The notes below the pieces were generated by a model. That model was not told the DNA's origin, did no database searches, and was given only the letters and a program-made list of their open reading frames with translations. DNA of 64,000 bases, from assembly GCA_004764695.1 (NCBI GenBank), contig SMSO01000009.1, positions 124,001-188,000 of the forward strand, read 5' to 3'. Position 1 is the stretch's first letter. Each line of letters starts with the position of its first letter. The stretch is from Schizochytrium sp. TIO01 (Eukaryota > Protista > Bigyra: Labyrinthulomycetes). Below are positions 51,901 through 64,000 of this stretch, piece after piece. The position numbers were made by a program, and so were the translations under genes.

Positions 51901-54900
51901 GTACACTACCTAAGTAGTTTACGTAGTTGGGTACGCAAAGAAAGGCAAAGAAGTCTTTTTTTTTTACAAAGAGAAGAAGGAGATCTATATAATTTGATAG
52001 GCAGCAGCAGCAGCAGCAGAAGAAGAAGAAGAGGTGATTGCTTTTTATTGTGAGGAAGAACAAAACAAAACAGGATCAACTGACTGGACCTGTCTTTCCT
52101 GACAACAACGAATGAACAAAACAAACTTATTCATTTATACTCACAGTCTTTACAACAACAACATTGGCGATGAGGGCGCAAAGGCCGTCGCAAAGTCTCT
52201 GCACAAAGCATGTCCTTCTGTTCAAATCTAGTAAGTTCCGTTCCCTCTGCTGCTATTCCCAGCTTGCGCAGAGCCTTGCCTTCGCTGGTTCTCTCCATCT
52301 CTCCATATGGACTTCCGAGGCCGTCTTTAGATGCGCTCATCGTTTTTCTAACAAGCGCTTTTACTGTCTTTCTTTCGTTCATTCGTTTACAAAACGCCGC
52401 AGTTTCTATGGTTGGAGTTCTTTGACCCCTAAAGAATTGTTCGAAAGGGTGTGTTCTCCTGGAGAAGATATCGCCGATTCCTCGTCAGAGACCGACTCCA
52501 TAGAGTCAGCAGAAAACGAGCCTTCTGCAGAGCCCAAGAACGAGCAAGACGGCATTGATGGCGCCGGGCTTGCTACTTTGGATGGATCTGGGTAAGTTCA
52601 TTCGGTTAATCTTTGTTTGGGATCGTGTAATCAGTCATTCCACGAATTGAGTTATTGAGATAGAGGGTATCCTAACTTTTACTTTTGCTTCTGCTTTTGT
52701 TGCTGCTTCAACATCATTTTGCTCGTTTGCTTACGTCTTCTTGTTCGTCTCAGAGAACGGGCGGATGGAGCGAGCGTGAGTTTCGCTGATGTGGTGCAGC
52801 TTGCCAAGAAAGTCTCGGACTTGCGCGCGGACCGAGGTGGGGTCAGAGGAAACTCCCTGCAAACTGGGATTGCCTTGCTTGAGGAGTTCGTAGGATCGGC
52901 GATCCAGGGCTACTTTGGCCAAGTGAAGTTGCGACAGGTTTTCGCTGACATCAAGAACTCCAAAGAGAGTCTTGACGTGCTACAAGGCCAGATTCGTGCA
53001 AGCTCTGCTGATGGCTTGCCCAGCCTCATCGAAAAGCGGAACACCGAACGGAGGCACCTGCATTCACTTTTGCAGGTTGTGTACCCATGGGTTCGCGCCA
53101 ACCTTTGTGAAAGTGGCGAGAGTGCAGTGCGAGAATTCAAAGTGAGAGTTGAAAGATTGGTAAGCGATCTAAAGATCAACCTTGCTCCAGTCGATGAAGA
53201 GACCATCACAGATGACTTCAAACACTGTCAAGAACTCGTTATTCAGGCTGTCCAATGCGTGGAAGGGTACAAGAGGAGTGGAGAAGGCCAACACAACAAC
53301 ATTGGTGAACGAAGCCAACAAGCTGTAAAGCGCGTCATCTCTCGATTGTCTGAGCTAGAACTTGGTGATGGATTATGGGTTGCTCTGAGAACACCTGAGC
53401 AGGCCATGAAGCTAGAACCGGAGTTGTCTGAACTTGAGAGTGCTCTCAAGCAAGAGATCGAAGTTCTACAAGGAGATACACTTCGTACCCAATTGTGGGA
53501 GATACTTTGCGCGATAAGTTCAACATTCGCTCGATTTGAAGGATACACTGAATGTGCTGCATTGAATGACACGAGCAAGTGCACACCAGAAAAGCTCTCT
53601 GAGCTGTATGACTATGCAGCACTGGGTTTGAAAGAACCTTCTGTCTCAGATGTTGAAGAATTATACCAGAAACTTGACAAGTCGAGGATAGCCACAGAAA
53701 TTTTGAAGAGAGCCAAAGAAGAACTCGAAATACAGGACATGGATGAGGAAGATCAAGCATATTTTAGAAATCGGATCAAGAAACAAGAGCTCATTCTCTC
53801 TCAAGGCAACCCTATCGACCTTAGCAAAGCTTTTCGTCATAAGCTTGCTGAGACTCTGCAATACGCGCAGGAACATTATCCAGAGTTGCTGCAAGATAGA
53901 GCCTGGCTGGAAAGGCTTCACGTAAGTGCAGAGGGTGTTTTTGAAGTAGCATGTTCTGACCTTTGGTTAACGAATGTCACAGTTACGGACTTCAAACCTG
54001 TCGGCGAGCCCCTTGCTTCCAGAGGTGGCAAGAGAGTACAAAAGGTTCTTGACAACTTTGGTAAAACTATGGTTCTCAAAGAGTTTCAGCTTGGGCATCC
54101 AAGTCAATCCAAAACCTTCTACAGACAAGTTGCCAATCTGGGCAAAGTGGTGTCTCAGCACGTGATACGTATCACTGGTGCTTTTGTGGTCATGACGCAT
54201 GGAGTACCGCGCGGCTGTATCGTCATGCCTTTCTACAAGCAAGGTGACCTTGCCAAGTGGATTGAGAGTCATCCTAACGAAGGCAAAGCAGCACGTGACC
54301 GACTTGCTGTTGGCCTGCTTATCGGCGTGGCGGATTTACATACCCACGGCATTGTGCATTGTGACATCAAACCAGAAAACATTTTCCTCACAAGCAACGG
54401 GACACCATTGATCGGCGACTTTGACGGCATCAAGAATGCAGACTACACTGCAACTTACACATCACTTCAGGCAACGCCACGGTACGTTGCCCCCGAGTTG
54501 CAGAATGGGCCTGTAGATAGGTTTGAAACAGCGATGGACATGTACTCTGTGGGCATCAGCTTAAAGGAGCTGTATCCTACTGAGCGAACCGCTGCCATGC
54601 AGACACTTATCGATGCTCTTACAGCAACAGACCCTGGCCAGCGTCCAACCGCTCGCCAAGCACTCCAACATGAAGCTTTTGGAGCTCCTAAGATCCCTGT
54701 CAAGATGTGCCTAGTATGCATGGAGGAGCATCTGCTCTCCGAGGGCACGAGCTGCGAGGAGGGAGACTTCCTTTGCAGAGACTGTATCGAATCTTCTGTA
54801 GAAGCGGCGGCACGGCCACTTGCTAACGTAAGAGTGGATGCTGATGGAACAATGGCATGCATGAAACCTGAATGTAGTGGAAGGATATCAGGTCAAGAAA

Positions 54901-55442
54901 TCACCCGTCTTGCACCAACTGCTTTGAATCACCTATTGTTGATTGCGAAGATGAAGGCAGAAAATGAAGCAGCAGTTTGGGCGGAGAAGGAGATCCAAAG
55001 GCGCATAGCACCAGTTTTACGTGCTGATGAACAGAATCGCGACGCACGGCTTCATTTACTTCATATTCAAGAGAAGATCTTGAGCACATGTTGTCCGAAC
55101 TGTAAGGCATATGTACACGATTTTGACGGTTGCTGTGCTGTAGAGTGTGGTAATGAGACTTGTGGTCATCACTTCTGCGCTTGGTGTCTTGGCTATAGTT
55201 CTCAGGATGCAGATGCTTGTCATGCTCATGTGAGAACCTGTTCAAGAAGACTTGGGCAAGATCCATTTTTTGCTGATTCTTTTGAGCAGGTTCGTGAGGC
55301 GTGGCAGTTGCTCCGCGCAGAACGTCTGCGTGAGTACTGGAATGCAAAAATTCAGGATGGAAATCTTCGACTCGTTCTAAAAGAGTTATTGTCGCCTTTG
55401 CTAACACCAGATATTGTTGGCGCAAACTTCAGATTGGAATAA
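48952..55442 (+). CDS. Spliced LRR - acidic linker - helical region - Ser/Thr kinase - RBR-like RING protein (gene C, ~1200 aa)
   Basis: Exons, all phase 2: 48952-49004 (MPQARRIEEIKGDTTEI); LRR exons 49182-49265, 49604-49687, 50029-50111 (83 nt), 50447-50530, 50869-50952, 51293-51376, 51717-51800, 52147-52230; linker 52403-52591; terminal 52754-55442. Kinase motifs MVLKEF, HCDIKPEN, GDFD, YVAPE, DMYSVG. Zinc fingers CLVC..C..FLCRDC..CMKPEC and CPNC..DGCCAVEC..CGHHFCAWC. Confidence 0.9.
49182..52195 (+). repeat. Tandem exon+intron cassette array of gene C (~418-430 bp period, 7 near-identical introns)
   Basis: Introns gtacgtttgtggaatcatccacgagg...tatactcacag differ mainly in a (GCA)n(GAA)n microsatellite and a few single-base changes or short indels. 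Confidence 0.96.
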
Positions 55443-58400
55443 ACTAATCGAATTTTTAATGATTATCTTTTTCGTAAGCGCTGTTGACTAAAAGGCAAGA
55501 AAGTAACTGCTCTCCTCCAGACAGCACCGACGTCTGCCAACAGGATCAACATTTATAATGTGTATTCATGCAAGGTTCTTCGTGGGGGAAAATACTAAAA
55601 CTTAACATAAATTAAACATAAATCAGAACAAAGTAATAACTCGTTAACATTTGACTGATGATATATATGCTTTCTTAACTTTATTTTTCCAGTTTGAGGA
55701 GCATATTTACTTTATTATTAGATACTAATTCTTACTTTGTTTTACTCTCTCCGTTCCTTCGATAATTCATTCAGCAACACCGCAAGGTATCAGAAGCTCT
55801 AGGTTTAAGCCAAATCGTCGCAAAACAAACTCAAAAATACTTTTTTGATTCATCTCTCCTTTGGCAGTTCTCAATAGTTCTCATTTCGCAAAGCAACTTT
55901 TTATTTATTTGTTCATCAAAGCCAAAATGCAGTTCTTCTAACGGCACTGAAACCCTTAATGTGACGATTTCCTCTCGGTTGCGAGGTGCTGGGCTTTTCC
56001 AATTTGAATAAGAACGCCATCAAAGGCAGGAGCAAAAGTAGTATTACAGACGCAACCCTTTCTCCGAACCTATGACGACCTGAGTAATAGGGAGATTGAT
56101 TCTTTCTTGGTAACTATTTACTATTTCACAATAAGTCAATCGTAAAGATCAGACTCTGAACACAAGCCTTTGCACTCCAGACAACTTTTGAAAGCTAGAA
56201 GGAAACCAACAGTTATTTAATCCTCGAAACTCTTTGATCTTGTTATGCCATGTATCCAGATTTACTATTCGAAGCATGGACTCTTCTCAAGAAAACCATT
56301 TAAATTCCATATCTTAAACTCTCAGAACAAAGTTGACTCAACGAACCTCCAAAGGCAAAACATTGCCTTCCTGATTACATCTTTAAGTTGTTCTTCAAAT
56401 TTTTATTGAAGAGAGAATTGCAATGACGCACAGAGTGATAGATGAATCAGTTTACTCCACCAATCTGAGATTGCGAGAGAATGACAGAATTGTGGATACC
56501 AGAGAAGCTACAAAGTAAATGCACAATCGCTATTAAAAGATGTGCTCTAAGCAGCCAGAGGTTACATAGGAAGATGGCGGCATCTTTTTATGCTTCGGCG
56601 TACACAGTTCGCGATTGAAAACCTTGGAGATGAACATTCAGCACCAAAACTTCAAGAGTTTTGTGCATTCAAGGATTTACTGTCCTAGTAAATGATCCGC
56701 TGCTGCTGCGTAAAAATCTTTAACAGGTGGAACAGTTCATACCCTGAGTAGGAGACTAAGGCTGTTAAAACTCAGAGCTAAAGGGGTGAGGCTAGCTCGT
56801 TTGTTCAACATAATTCTTTGGTTGTATATTTCATATTCACTTATGACTTTCCTTGGTCTCACTCCTTCGTATTTGGTAGTCATATTCTTATAAGTCCTAG
56901 ACTACGAGGACTTTTAATAGTGTGACAATGACTCTTCTCCACAAAACTCTTTGCTTGGTAATCTCAGCACAGAGCTTTTAAATTTTGCTGCGCCCCACGA
57001 ACTTCATATTTTAATCTGGCTACTTGACTTAATAGAATCCCACATGATAAGCTTTATCAGTGTTCCAAGACATATTCTACAATGATGAATTTGAACATTA
57101 CTACATTATGATTCATCCGTTGAAAGAAACTATTGGCTTTACATACTAATGCCTTATCGAAGTTTTACAGCTATGTGTCGGACGGATCATCTCAAGGTGC
57201 CGAACACAAGTCCTGCTGAGATCTCCAATCGAAGGAACTAGTGGACAAGACATTGCTAGAGTTCTTGGTGTCCCTTTGTAAAATCCAATAGTAATAAGGT
57301 TTACATTAGAACAAGAATAGGCAGCCAGACTCATGTGGCTGCTGAAGCCAAGAACTAGAAGTGTGAATACACATTACCGACACCCAAGCTTGGTTTAGCT
57401 TGGATCGATGGTTGGCGAAAGTTGGATAACCTAACCCCATCGATTATCTCTAACCACATTCAAGAATGTCTTAGTCTCCCTAATTACTACATGAATCTAT
57501 CTGTCCTGGAACTCATTCCTCAGGACAGCAGTTCGCTAACTCTTAAATCAACCTTCTTATAGCCTTCATCAAGCTTCCTACCTTCATCTTTACAATCAAC
57601 CTCACGCTAATCAGCATCAGCTTTCAGCAAATCCAAAGCCCATAGACTTTGACAATGGGCCTTGTCAGCAGTTCCTGAATATTAATTCTAACTTTTCTTT
57701 TCCTACGCTATCTCTTGGTGATCGCCTCATGCTAACTTGCAATACACCTCTAAGAGGAGAACACATGTACTGAAGCTACATTTGCTGATAGTGTTAATGA
57801 AAGTGTTAAGCGGTTTGCATCTCCCATGAGATCTCTGTGATGGTGTGGTGTTGTGCGCCCACTGAGATTGTGTTGTTCTTCATACATATATTAAGGTTGT
57901 TGTTCGAGTGAGTTTTAAAGCAGCTGAGACACATGTGAGTACACAGCCAAACAGAATGCGCGCAACCGTGCTTGGGTAGTCCCTTCATAAGTTTTTATAC
58001 GCACTTCTCATCATATTCAACTTTGCAACACTAGATATGATAACTAGGTGGTTAACCATTAGGAATAGTAGCACCCAGTAACTTTCTTTCTTGTATCCAG
58101 CATGGGAAATTAGCTTGTTGTGGTTTTCCAGGAGATACACAGCTGCTTGATTGAATCATGAACGTAGAGTGTTTCTTGCATCTGTGAAAGAAAGAATGAT
58201 TAGTAGGAGAGAGTCGAACTATATCGGCGAGATTCGGACACGCAAAGGAAACCATTTAAGTGAACAAGTGTCACCTTTCCTTCTAGCACAGAACTGAAAC
58301 ACCACAACAAAAAACAGTGTAAAAATTTTTCTTTTTTTCTAAATGTATTTATTTGAAACTATGCAAACTAGACTAAAGCAACTACTTATAACCATTAACC

Positions 58401-59047
58401 TATACAAGACAGCTTTGGAAATTTTCAATCATGTCAGATAATTTCGTGCTTGGGAAAGAAACATGCGGCATTTCTTAAGCATGCACTCAAGATTTGTAAT
58501 ATTCACAGAATAAATAATCGATTGCTCGAAAGGTCAACCAAGAGAGTAGAGGACCTACAGGTTTTTGCTAATCTTGTCGGATTGCCTTGCAAACTCATTT
58601 TCAGGCTTGCTTCGTCCCCTTCGTTCCCTGACATAGACGCATCACTATGTTGACTGACGCTTCACCATGGTCTGGTCAAGAAGGTCTTCCTTTGAGCCTT
58701 ACGAAGTCATGACGTAGTAATGTGTCAGTTTCTCCTTCTCAATAGTGTCAATCAAAAGCAGAACTTCATCACTTGTTGATAAAGTTAGCCTGTGGCACAT
58801 GTTTCTGTTTTGTCGAAAAAAGAGCAGACTTGCTGTTTACTTACTTTACTGTTGCTCAGCATCAGCTTGTATTTCAACAAAGACAGATAAAACACTTCGT
58901 AGCAGAAAGCCTGCAAGGAAGCTTTTGTCTTCATGGCAGAGGCCAGAGACACTCGAAGGAAAGCTACTTGCTGCGTTGTTACTTTTTATATAAAAAGAAT
59001 GAAATAGAGCTCTGGAGTATAAATGCCAGAGTTCGACTAACTTAGTC

Positions 59048-59166
59048 ACATTCGATCATACCACGCGGGTAACACCTCATCTCATTCGCACTGAGAAGTA
59101 AAGTCGCGTAGGGCCGGGTCAGTAGTATGATAGGGGACTGCATGCGAAGCCCCGGTGTTGAATGTT
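59048..59166 (+). rRNA. 5S: 5S rRNA (second copy)
   Basis: Same as 47604-47722 except base 2; followed by T runs. Confidence 0.92.
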
Positions 59167-62100
59167 ATTTTTGCATTTTTTTTTTCCGAGCCAATCATTT
59201 TTGGTACTTTGATATGAATTACTAATATTTGAGCAATGACGTTAGTTTACCACATAAAGTGGGGTTAATATGTTCATTTTTGACATACTTACTGGTATCG
59301 TCGGCTTACTATCAACATTCCTGCATTTAGAAAATGATAGGGGATCACAAAATTGATGTATCCTATTTTTTGCAATGCATTAAAAGTTAGGCACCAAAGA
59401 GATAAATAAACAAAATTACTTTGCATTAATGGATGATCTACTAGGGAAAGTCAGGGGCAGTAGTTACACTCTCTGTAAAGCACATTTGCAGAAACAAATG
59501 AAAACTACGCATTAAAATCTTTTTGAATAGAAGATTCACAGAAAAAGGTCGCACTAAGGGGCCATGCTTATCACAACTCTAAATCGCGAGATATATATTG
59601 TTCATTTCAAACGCCATTCGCTGGCCCGAGAATTCATTTTTCATCTTCTTCGTTTGCCCTGGTGGCGGACTCTCAAGGTAACAGCGCAGTAGTTGTAAGT
59701 TGAAGATACCCTTCAGCAAATTTAAGGAAATTTAATCTTCAGAAGCTTCCCTGAAGACATCCATCAATTACTACATTTCGAAACAAAGCCAGGTACCAGG
59801 GGCCCTGGCTTCAATCTACAGCCCCCTTGATTGATCTGGGAGTCTGGAGGAGCAACTCTAGCCACAACGTGATTTACTATATTTTGCTTTTTATTTTCCT
59901 AAACTAAGTAATTATTGGTACTTCAGCAGATACCTGCTATGAGGAACACATTCATTTTACGAAACCCGAGGTCATAACTTAACAATGTAATACAACGTTG
60001 TAATTCTCACAACACTACAACGCCAAAATACACTAGAGCTGATTGCTTTTCGTGCAAAGCGCAAAAGACAATGAGATTACGACACTATCACTATATGATG
60101 CACTAGCACTCGCATATGGTCTGACAAAATGCACTACGAAATTCATGCCTGCGTTAAGCATTTGCAATGGTGACTGCGGTGATTGCTTGTGTAGTGAAAG
60201 GTATTACACCGTGAAGGAACCAAAGTCATAAACCTTATTTTCAAAAGTCTCTCATTGCTATTTTCCAGGCCAAAACATGCAAAGCATAAGAACAAAATTT
60301 TCACAGCCCCAAGGTCTGAGACCACTCGATATGGTGATTATTTGATTTTTTGCCACCGATGAAGTCGCCCGTGTTTGCGAAGAATTGTTTATTACTTTAG
60401 TCAGCAGCAAATTTCACAAACCCATAACCAAGAGCAATACTGGGGTTGACCAAGCTTGTGAATCGGCATCGATTACTTTCTCCAGAGAACATGCATTTGC
60501 CTTGATGGCAGACCAGAGGCCTTGCTTGCCAAAGGGACGATGGACACGAGCTCGAGCCTCGTCGAAGTCTCACAGAGCCAAAGTTGCTGCGATCTGATGT
60601 CACAGCATCGTTCGTTTGGCGGCCAAGCAGAGGGAACCAGACGCTACGTAGCCTTCAAGCGCAGGTAGTGAGCCCAGCAACTTTGCTAAGGCCAAGGGAA
60701 CCACCCAGTATGCTCCACCTGCGCACGGCCAGAGCGTCTGAAGCAGATCTCTATGATTTGATTCAAGTTCTAATGCTTCTCCTTTTAATTCTTCCCACAC
60801 TTTGTTATAGAAATGAAAGACTAGAGTTTAATCTATCTAGAACAATAGTTGAAGAATTGTCTAACTAGGAGTAGCGTGCTTACAATTCTACGGTTAGGAA
60901 CTATGATCGCAAGCAACTACTTTACCTACACTAACGTCAGAGCAAGATCTTGTACGTTTCGATCGCCCAGCACCTTTTACTACTCTTCTCTAAGCTAGAG
61001 AGGGGCTCTCTTCTTTTCTTTCGAAGCTGTACGATTACTGCAGACTTTGAAGTATTTAAGCTATGCATATTAAATGCAGTGAATAATAAGTGCCTTCTCC
61101 CGAGCACATCACTGTCAAAGATTAAGTTGCAAATCATTCGATAGCTGCTTCTTTATTTATTTTATGGTCTGATCTCACAAAATGCGTTTTTTTTTTTTCC
61201 TTTGTGAGCTCCTCTTTGTGGCATCTCCAGATTGACCTTTCTTAGCCATGGAAAAGGCTAGATACAAAATAAGCACATTCGTAATTCTTTGTACAATTCC
61301 TTATTGAACTGTTTTCCCCTTCAAATCAGGTTTTCTATTTCAATTTTATCTAAAAGCAAAAGGTAATTTGATGTGCAGGCACGGAGCGTACTTACCGCAC
61401 ATTTGACTAGTATTTCCGGTTGCCAGAAGACTTGCTTCGATAGCTGCAACATATTGTATTTCGAACATTCTGGGATCTGTTATAAATATTTTGAACCTGC
61501 GTCGGAGGAGGGGTGGGGGATAGCTGGAAAGTAGGTACAGTGTCTAAGATGAAAATCAACTCTAGCGTCATCGATATTCACTCCATTTGAAACACCTATT
61601 CTCTGTTATAGTTAGCTTCTCACACTGAGATAGAAGAAAAAAGAGGTATTTTTACCCTGCCTCAGGGTAGAACGGGAATAGAACCCGTTTTATATACATG
61701 AACCAAAGCTATTCACATAAAAACGGGAAGGAGACCAAGATCCAAAAATCCTCCTTCTATATGGGTTGTGTCGCTTGCAGCAAGCTCCATGATATCGTTT
61801 TTAATAAATATTCTAATGCATACAAGGCATGCTGTTGAATTCTGCTATTACACTGGAAAACCTTTGTATAAAGTACTTAATTGTTGCTTCAGAGTCTTGT
61901 GAAAATTTGTATTACTTGCCTTCATCGGACGTACATCACTTGAGACAAATATAAATTGAGCTTGCCTCCAGCAAAAGCAACCCTATTTTATTTATTTTTT
62001 AGCAAGTCTCAGCAAAACGAAAGCTGGACTTTGTTGTGGTTGCCCAAAACATTCGCAAAATGGCCCCGATGATGTTTTTGATAGATGAGGTCATACAAAA

Positions 62101-62999
62101 AGTCTACACTCTAAGAAAGCACAATTTTGATTGTACAACAGAGCCCACCCGTCGAACAAATCTACATCATCACCCGAGTGTTCTGCGCATGGATCTTTGA
62201 AAGACAAATGTTATTCCTAGAAAGACATGCTGCAGCAAACAACGTTGAACAGCTTTATGACCAATTTGAAATGCTTAACGAGCTAAAAAATATTGGTTTC
62301 GGAAAGTTTACACATCAATGATTCATTTGGATTGAGCTTCTAAACAGCAAGTCAGCTTGTCACATGTCTAAGCAGCTGCGCCTGTACTATTGTGCAACCC
62401 TTGATCTGAAGATGCTCTATTTTGTGAAACCGGAAAATTGTTAAGACTCTTTAAATATGGAAGATCTCATTCAGGCTACATCAATAATTTCTGTCAATAT
62501 AAAAATTTGCCATTGCAAATACTTTCACACCTTTTAACTTTTTTTTTCTCTTTTTTCTTTTTTATAAATTAAATAAAAACAGGAATGTTTTAAAATTGAA
62601 AATAAAAATAAAATTGTTTTGTTTTGTTTTAGTTAAACTTTTATTTTAGGTTTAAAAGATTTGATTTTCAAAACAAAACGTTTAATCTAAAAGTAAAATT
62701 TAAAAATGAGTTCTTTGTGTTTTGGTTGTTTTGACAAGAACGTACCTTGTACTACTTTTAAGCCGCATCCACTCCATAATTGTCAGAACTGCTACTGATA
62801 GAGAAAAGTAAAACATCTCTTGTAGATAAGTTTGGCTGTAAAGAAATGTTAAGTTTTTTTATTACTTTCATTTTCTAAAATTCAGTTTATTCCCTTTTAT
62901 TTTAATAAATATATTTTAATTAAAAATTATAATTTTAACATTTCTTTGTTTTCATTTACAGGAAAGGGTGTATTAAAACTTTAAATAAACCTTTAAATG

Positions 63000-63006
<7 letters not shown>

Positions 63007-63037
<31 letters not shown>
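63007..63037. repeat. Poly(A) run ending a ~500-bp very AT-rich tract
   Basis: About 31 consecutive A, with AATAAA ~20 nt upstream. Confidence 0.8.
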
Positions 63038-63038
<1 letters not shown>

Positions 63039-63680
63039 GTTGATCATTGCGCAGCGGCTCGCTTCTCAAGGCCAATGTACTTTGTAGGTAAACTAAGTTT
63101 TTAGCTAAAATGTGCACCAAGCTTTTCATCCTTGTGCATATTATTTTTGCAAATATGTTAATTTGATTTTGCTTAAAGTGACTGAAAAAAAAATCATATC
63201 AACACTTCATCACCGCATTGTATGTGCGAATCTAATCTTGAGGGACAACTTGATACTCTACTTTCTTGACACTAATGCCTCTAAAACTTCTTTTAACTTT
63301 GCCATCGCTCTAAATAGGCATTTATTCTCAAATCCGAGATTTTACTTTCATCGCATTTAGCTTTGCTTCATATTTTGGTTGCGATGAATTTGACGATCGC
63401 GAGGACAGCTGCCAAACTCCCCGCGAAAGTATTTTTCGTGGCATTCCGATGAACCTTTTTGTCTTGCATAATCTGGATCTATGAAAGATTAAGTAGAAAT
63501 GGTATTATATTGGAACGTGGATTTATAGATGAGTTGTGAACAGTTAGAAAGTCTTCTGAATATTGATTTAAACTTTTCAGCTTTTCTCTTTTGTGGAATA
63601 ACGTTCCCAAGGGTCAGGATAGAGCGTGAGGGAAAACATATTTTTGACAGCAGCAAGTCTCACTCTCAACTAAGCAAGTC

Positions 63681-63754
63681 GTCTCCGTGGCCAAGTTGGA
63701 TAAGGTGCCTGACTACGAATCAGGAGATCGTGGGTTCAAGTCCCGCCGGAGATT
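63681..63754 (+). tRNA. tRNA-Arg(ACG)
   Basis: Acceptor GTCTCCG/CGGAGAT, D arm TGGCCAAGTTGGATAAGG, anticodon arm CCTGA-CT-ACG-AA-TCAGG, T loop GGTTCAAGTCCC, T-run ~18 nt downstream. Confidence 0.95.
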
Positions 63755-64000
63755 CTGGAACCCAAAGCGTATTTTTTTTGTTTTAGGGAAAGTAACTGTG
63801 GGGAATTCAACGCTTGACCTGCGTTTTAGTCTTGTCAAAACAAAGCCACGGAATCTCGTGAAGGAAGTAGATAAATATCCTGAATATATTCTTGTGAGCT
63901 TTGTTTTTAAGCTATTCGATTCCCCATGTACTCTTAAAAGGCTATGGTTTTAAACAGCATAACACTACTCTTACAGCAATTCATCAAGGCTTTACTTTGA

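Noticed and set aside
49384-52124. Repeated minus-strand 'MFCSFVVRKDRSSQL...LLLLLL' ORFs as a peptide family
   Set aside because: They are the antisense of gene C introns; the poly-Leu comes from the microsatellite, and the frame shifts between copies.
281-52230. Diversity-generating retroelement as the cause of LRR variation
   Set aside because: Changes are not adenine-specific (the AAC Asn codons are the conserved ones), no template repeat is seen, and the only RT is an ordinary copia pol.
55900-58260. Possible decayed gene or retroelement
   Set aside because: Composition looks coding-like, but I could not read any diagnostic motif; a translated search is needed.

Overview
Eukaryotic DNA. 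The 18S sequence resembles thraustochytrids (Aurantiochytrium/Schizochytrium, Labyrinthulomycetes); this is recognition from memory, not a search. The window is mirror-symmetric around a 133-N gap (29906-30038): [LRR gene -> 18S/5.8S/28S -> long AT-rich tandem repeats] gap [repeats <- 28S/5.8S/18S <- paralogous LRR gene]. It is most likely two subtelomeres joined in scaffolding. An intact, very young Ty1/copia element (21676-27661) sits in the repeats. Two 5S genes and a tRNA-Arg(ACG) lie further right. The main signal is largely invisible in the ORF track: three spliced genes in which each 28-aa RI/NLRC3-type LRR is its own 84-nt, phase-2 exon. In two of them (281-5853 and 48952-55442) the exon+intron cassettes are near-identical tandem copies. 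Substitutions concentrate in the few codons around the splice junction that form the concave ligand-binding xxLxLxxNx strand. One of these genes fuses the variable LRR array to a Ser/Thr kinase and RBR-type RING fingers. Together this looks like a cassette-diversified intracellular receptor repertoire (candidate immune system) in a marine protist; that function is inference.
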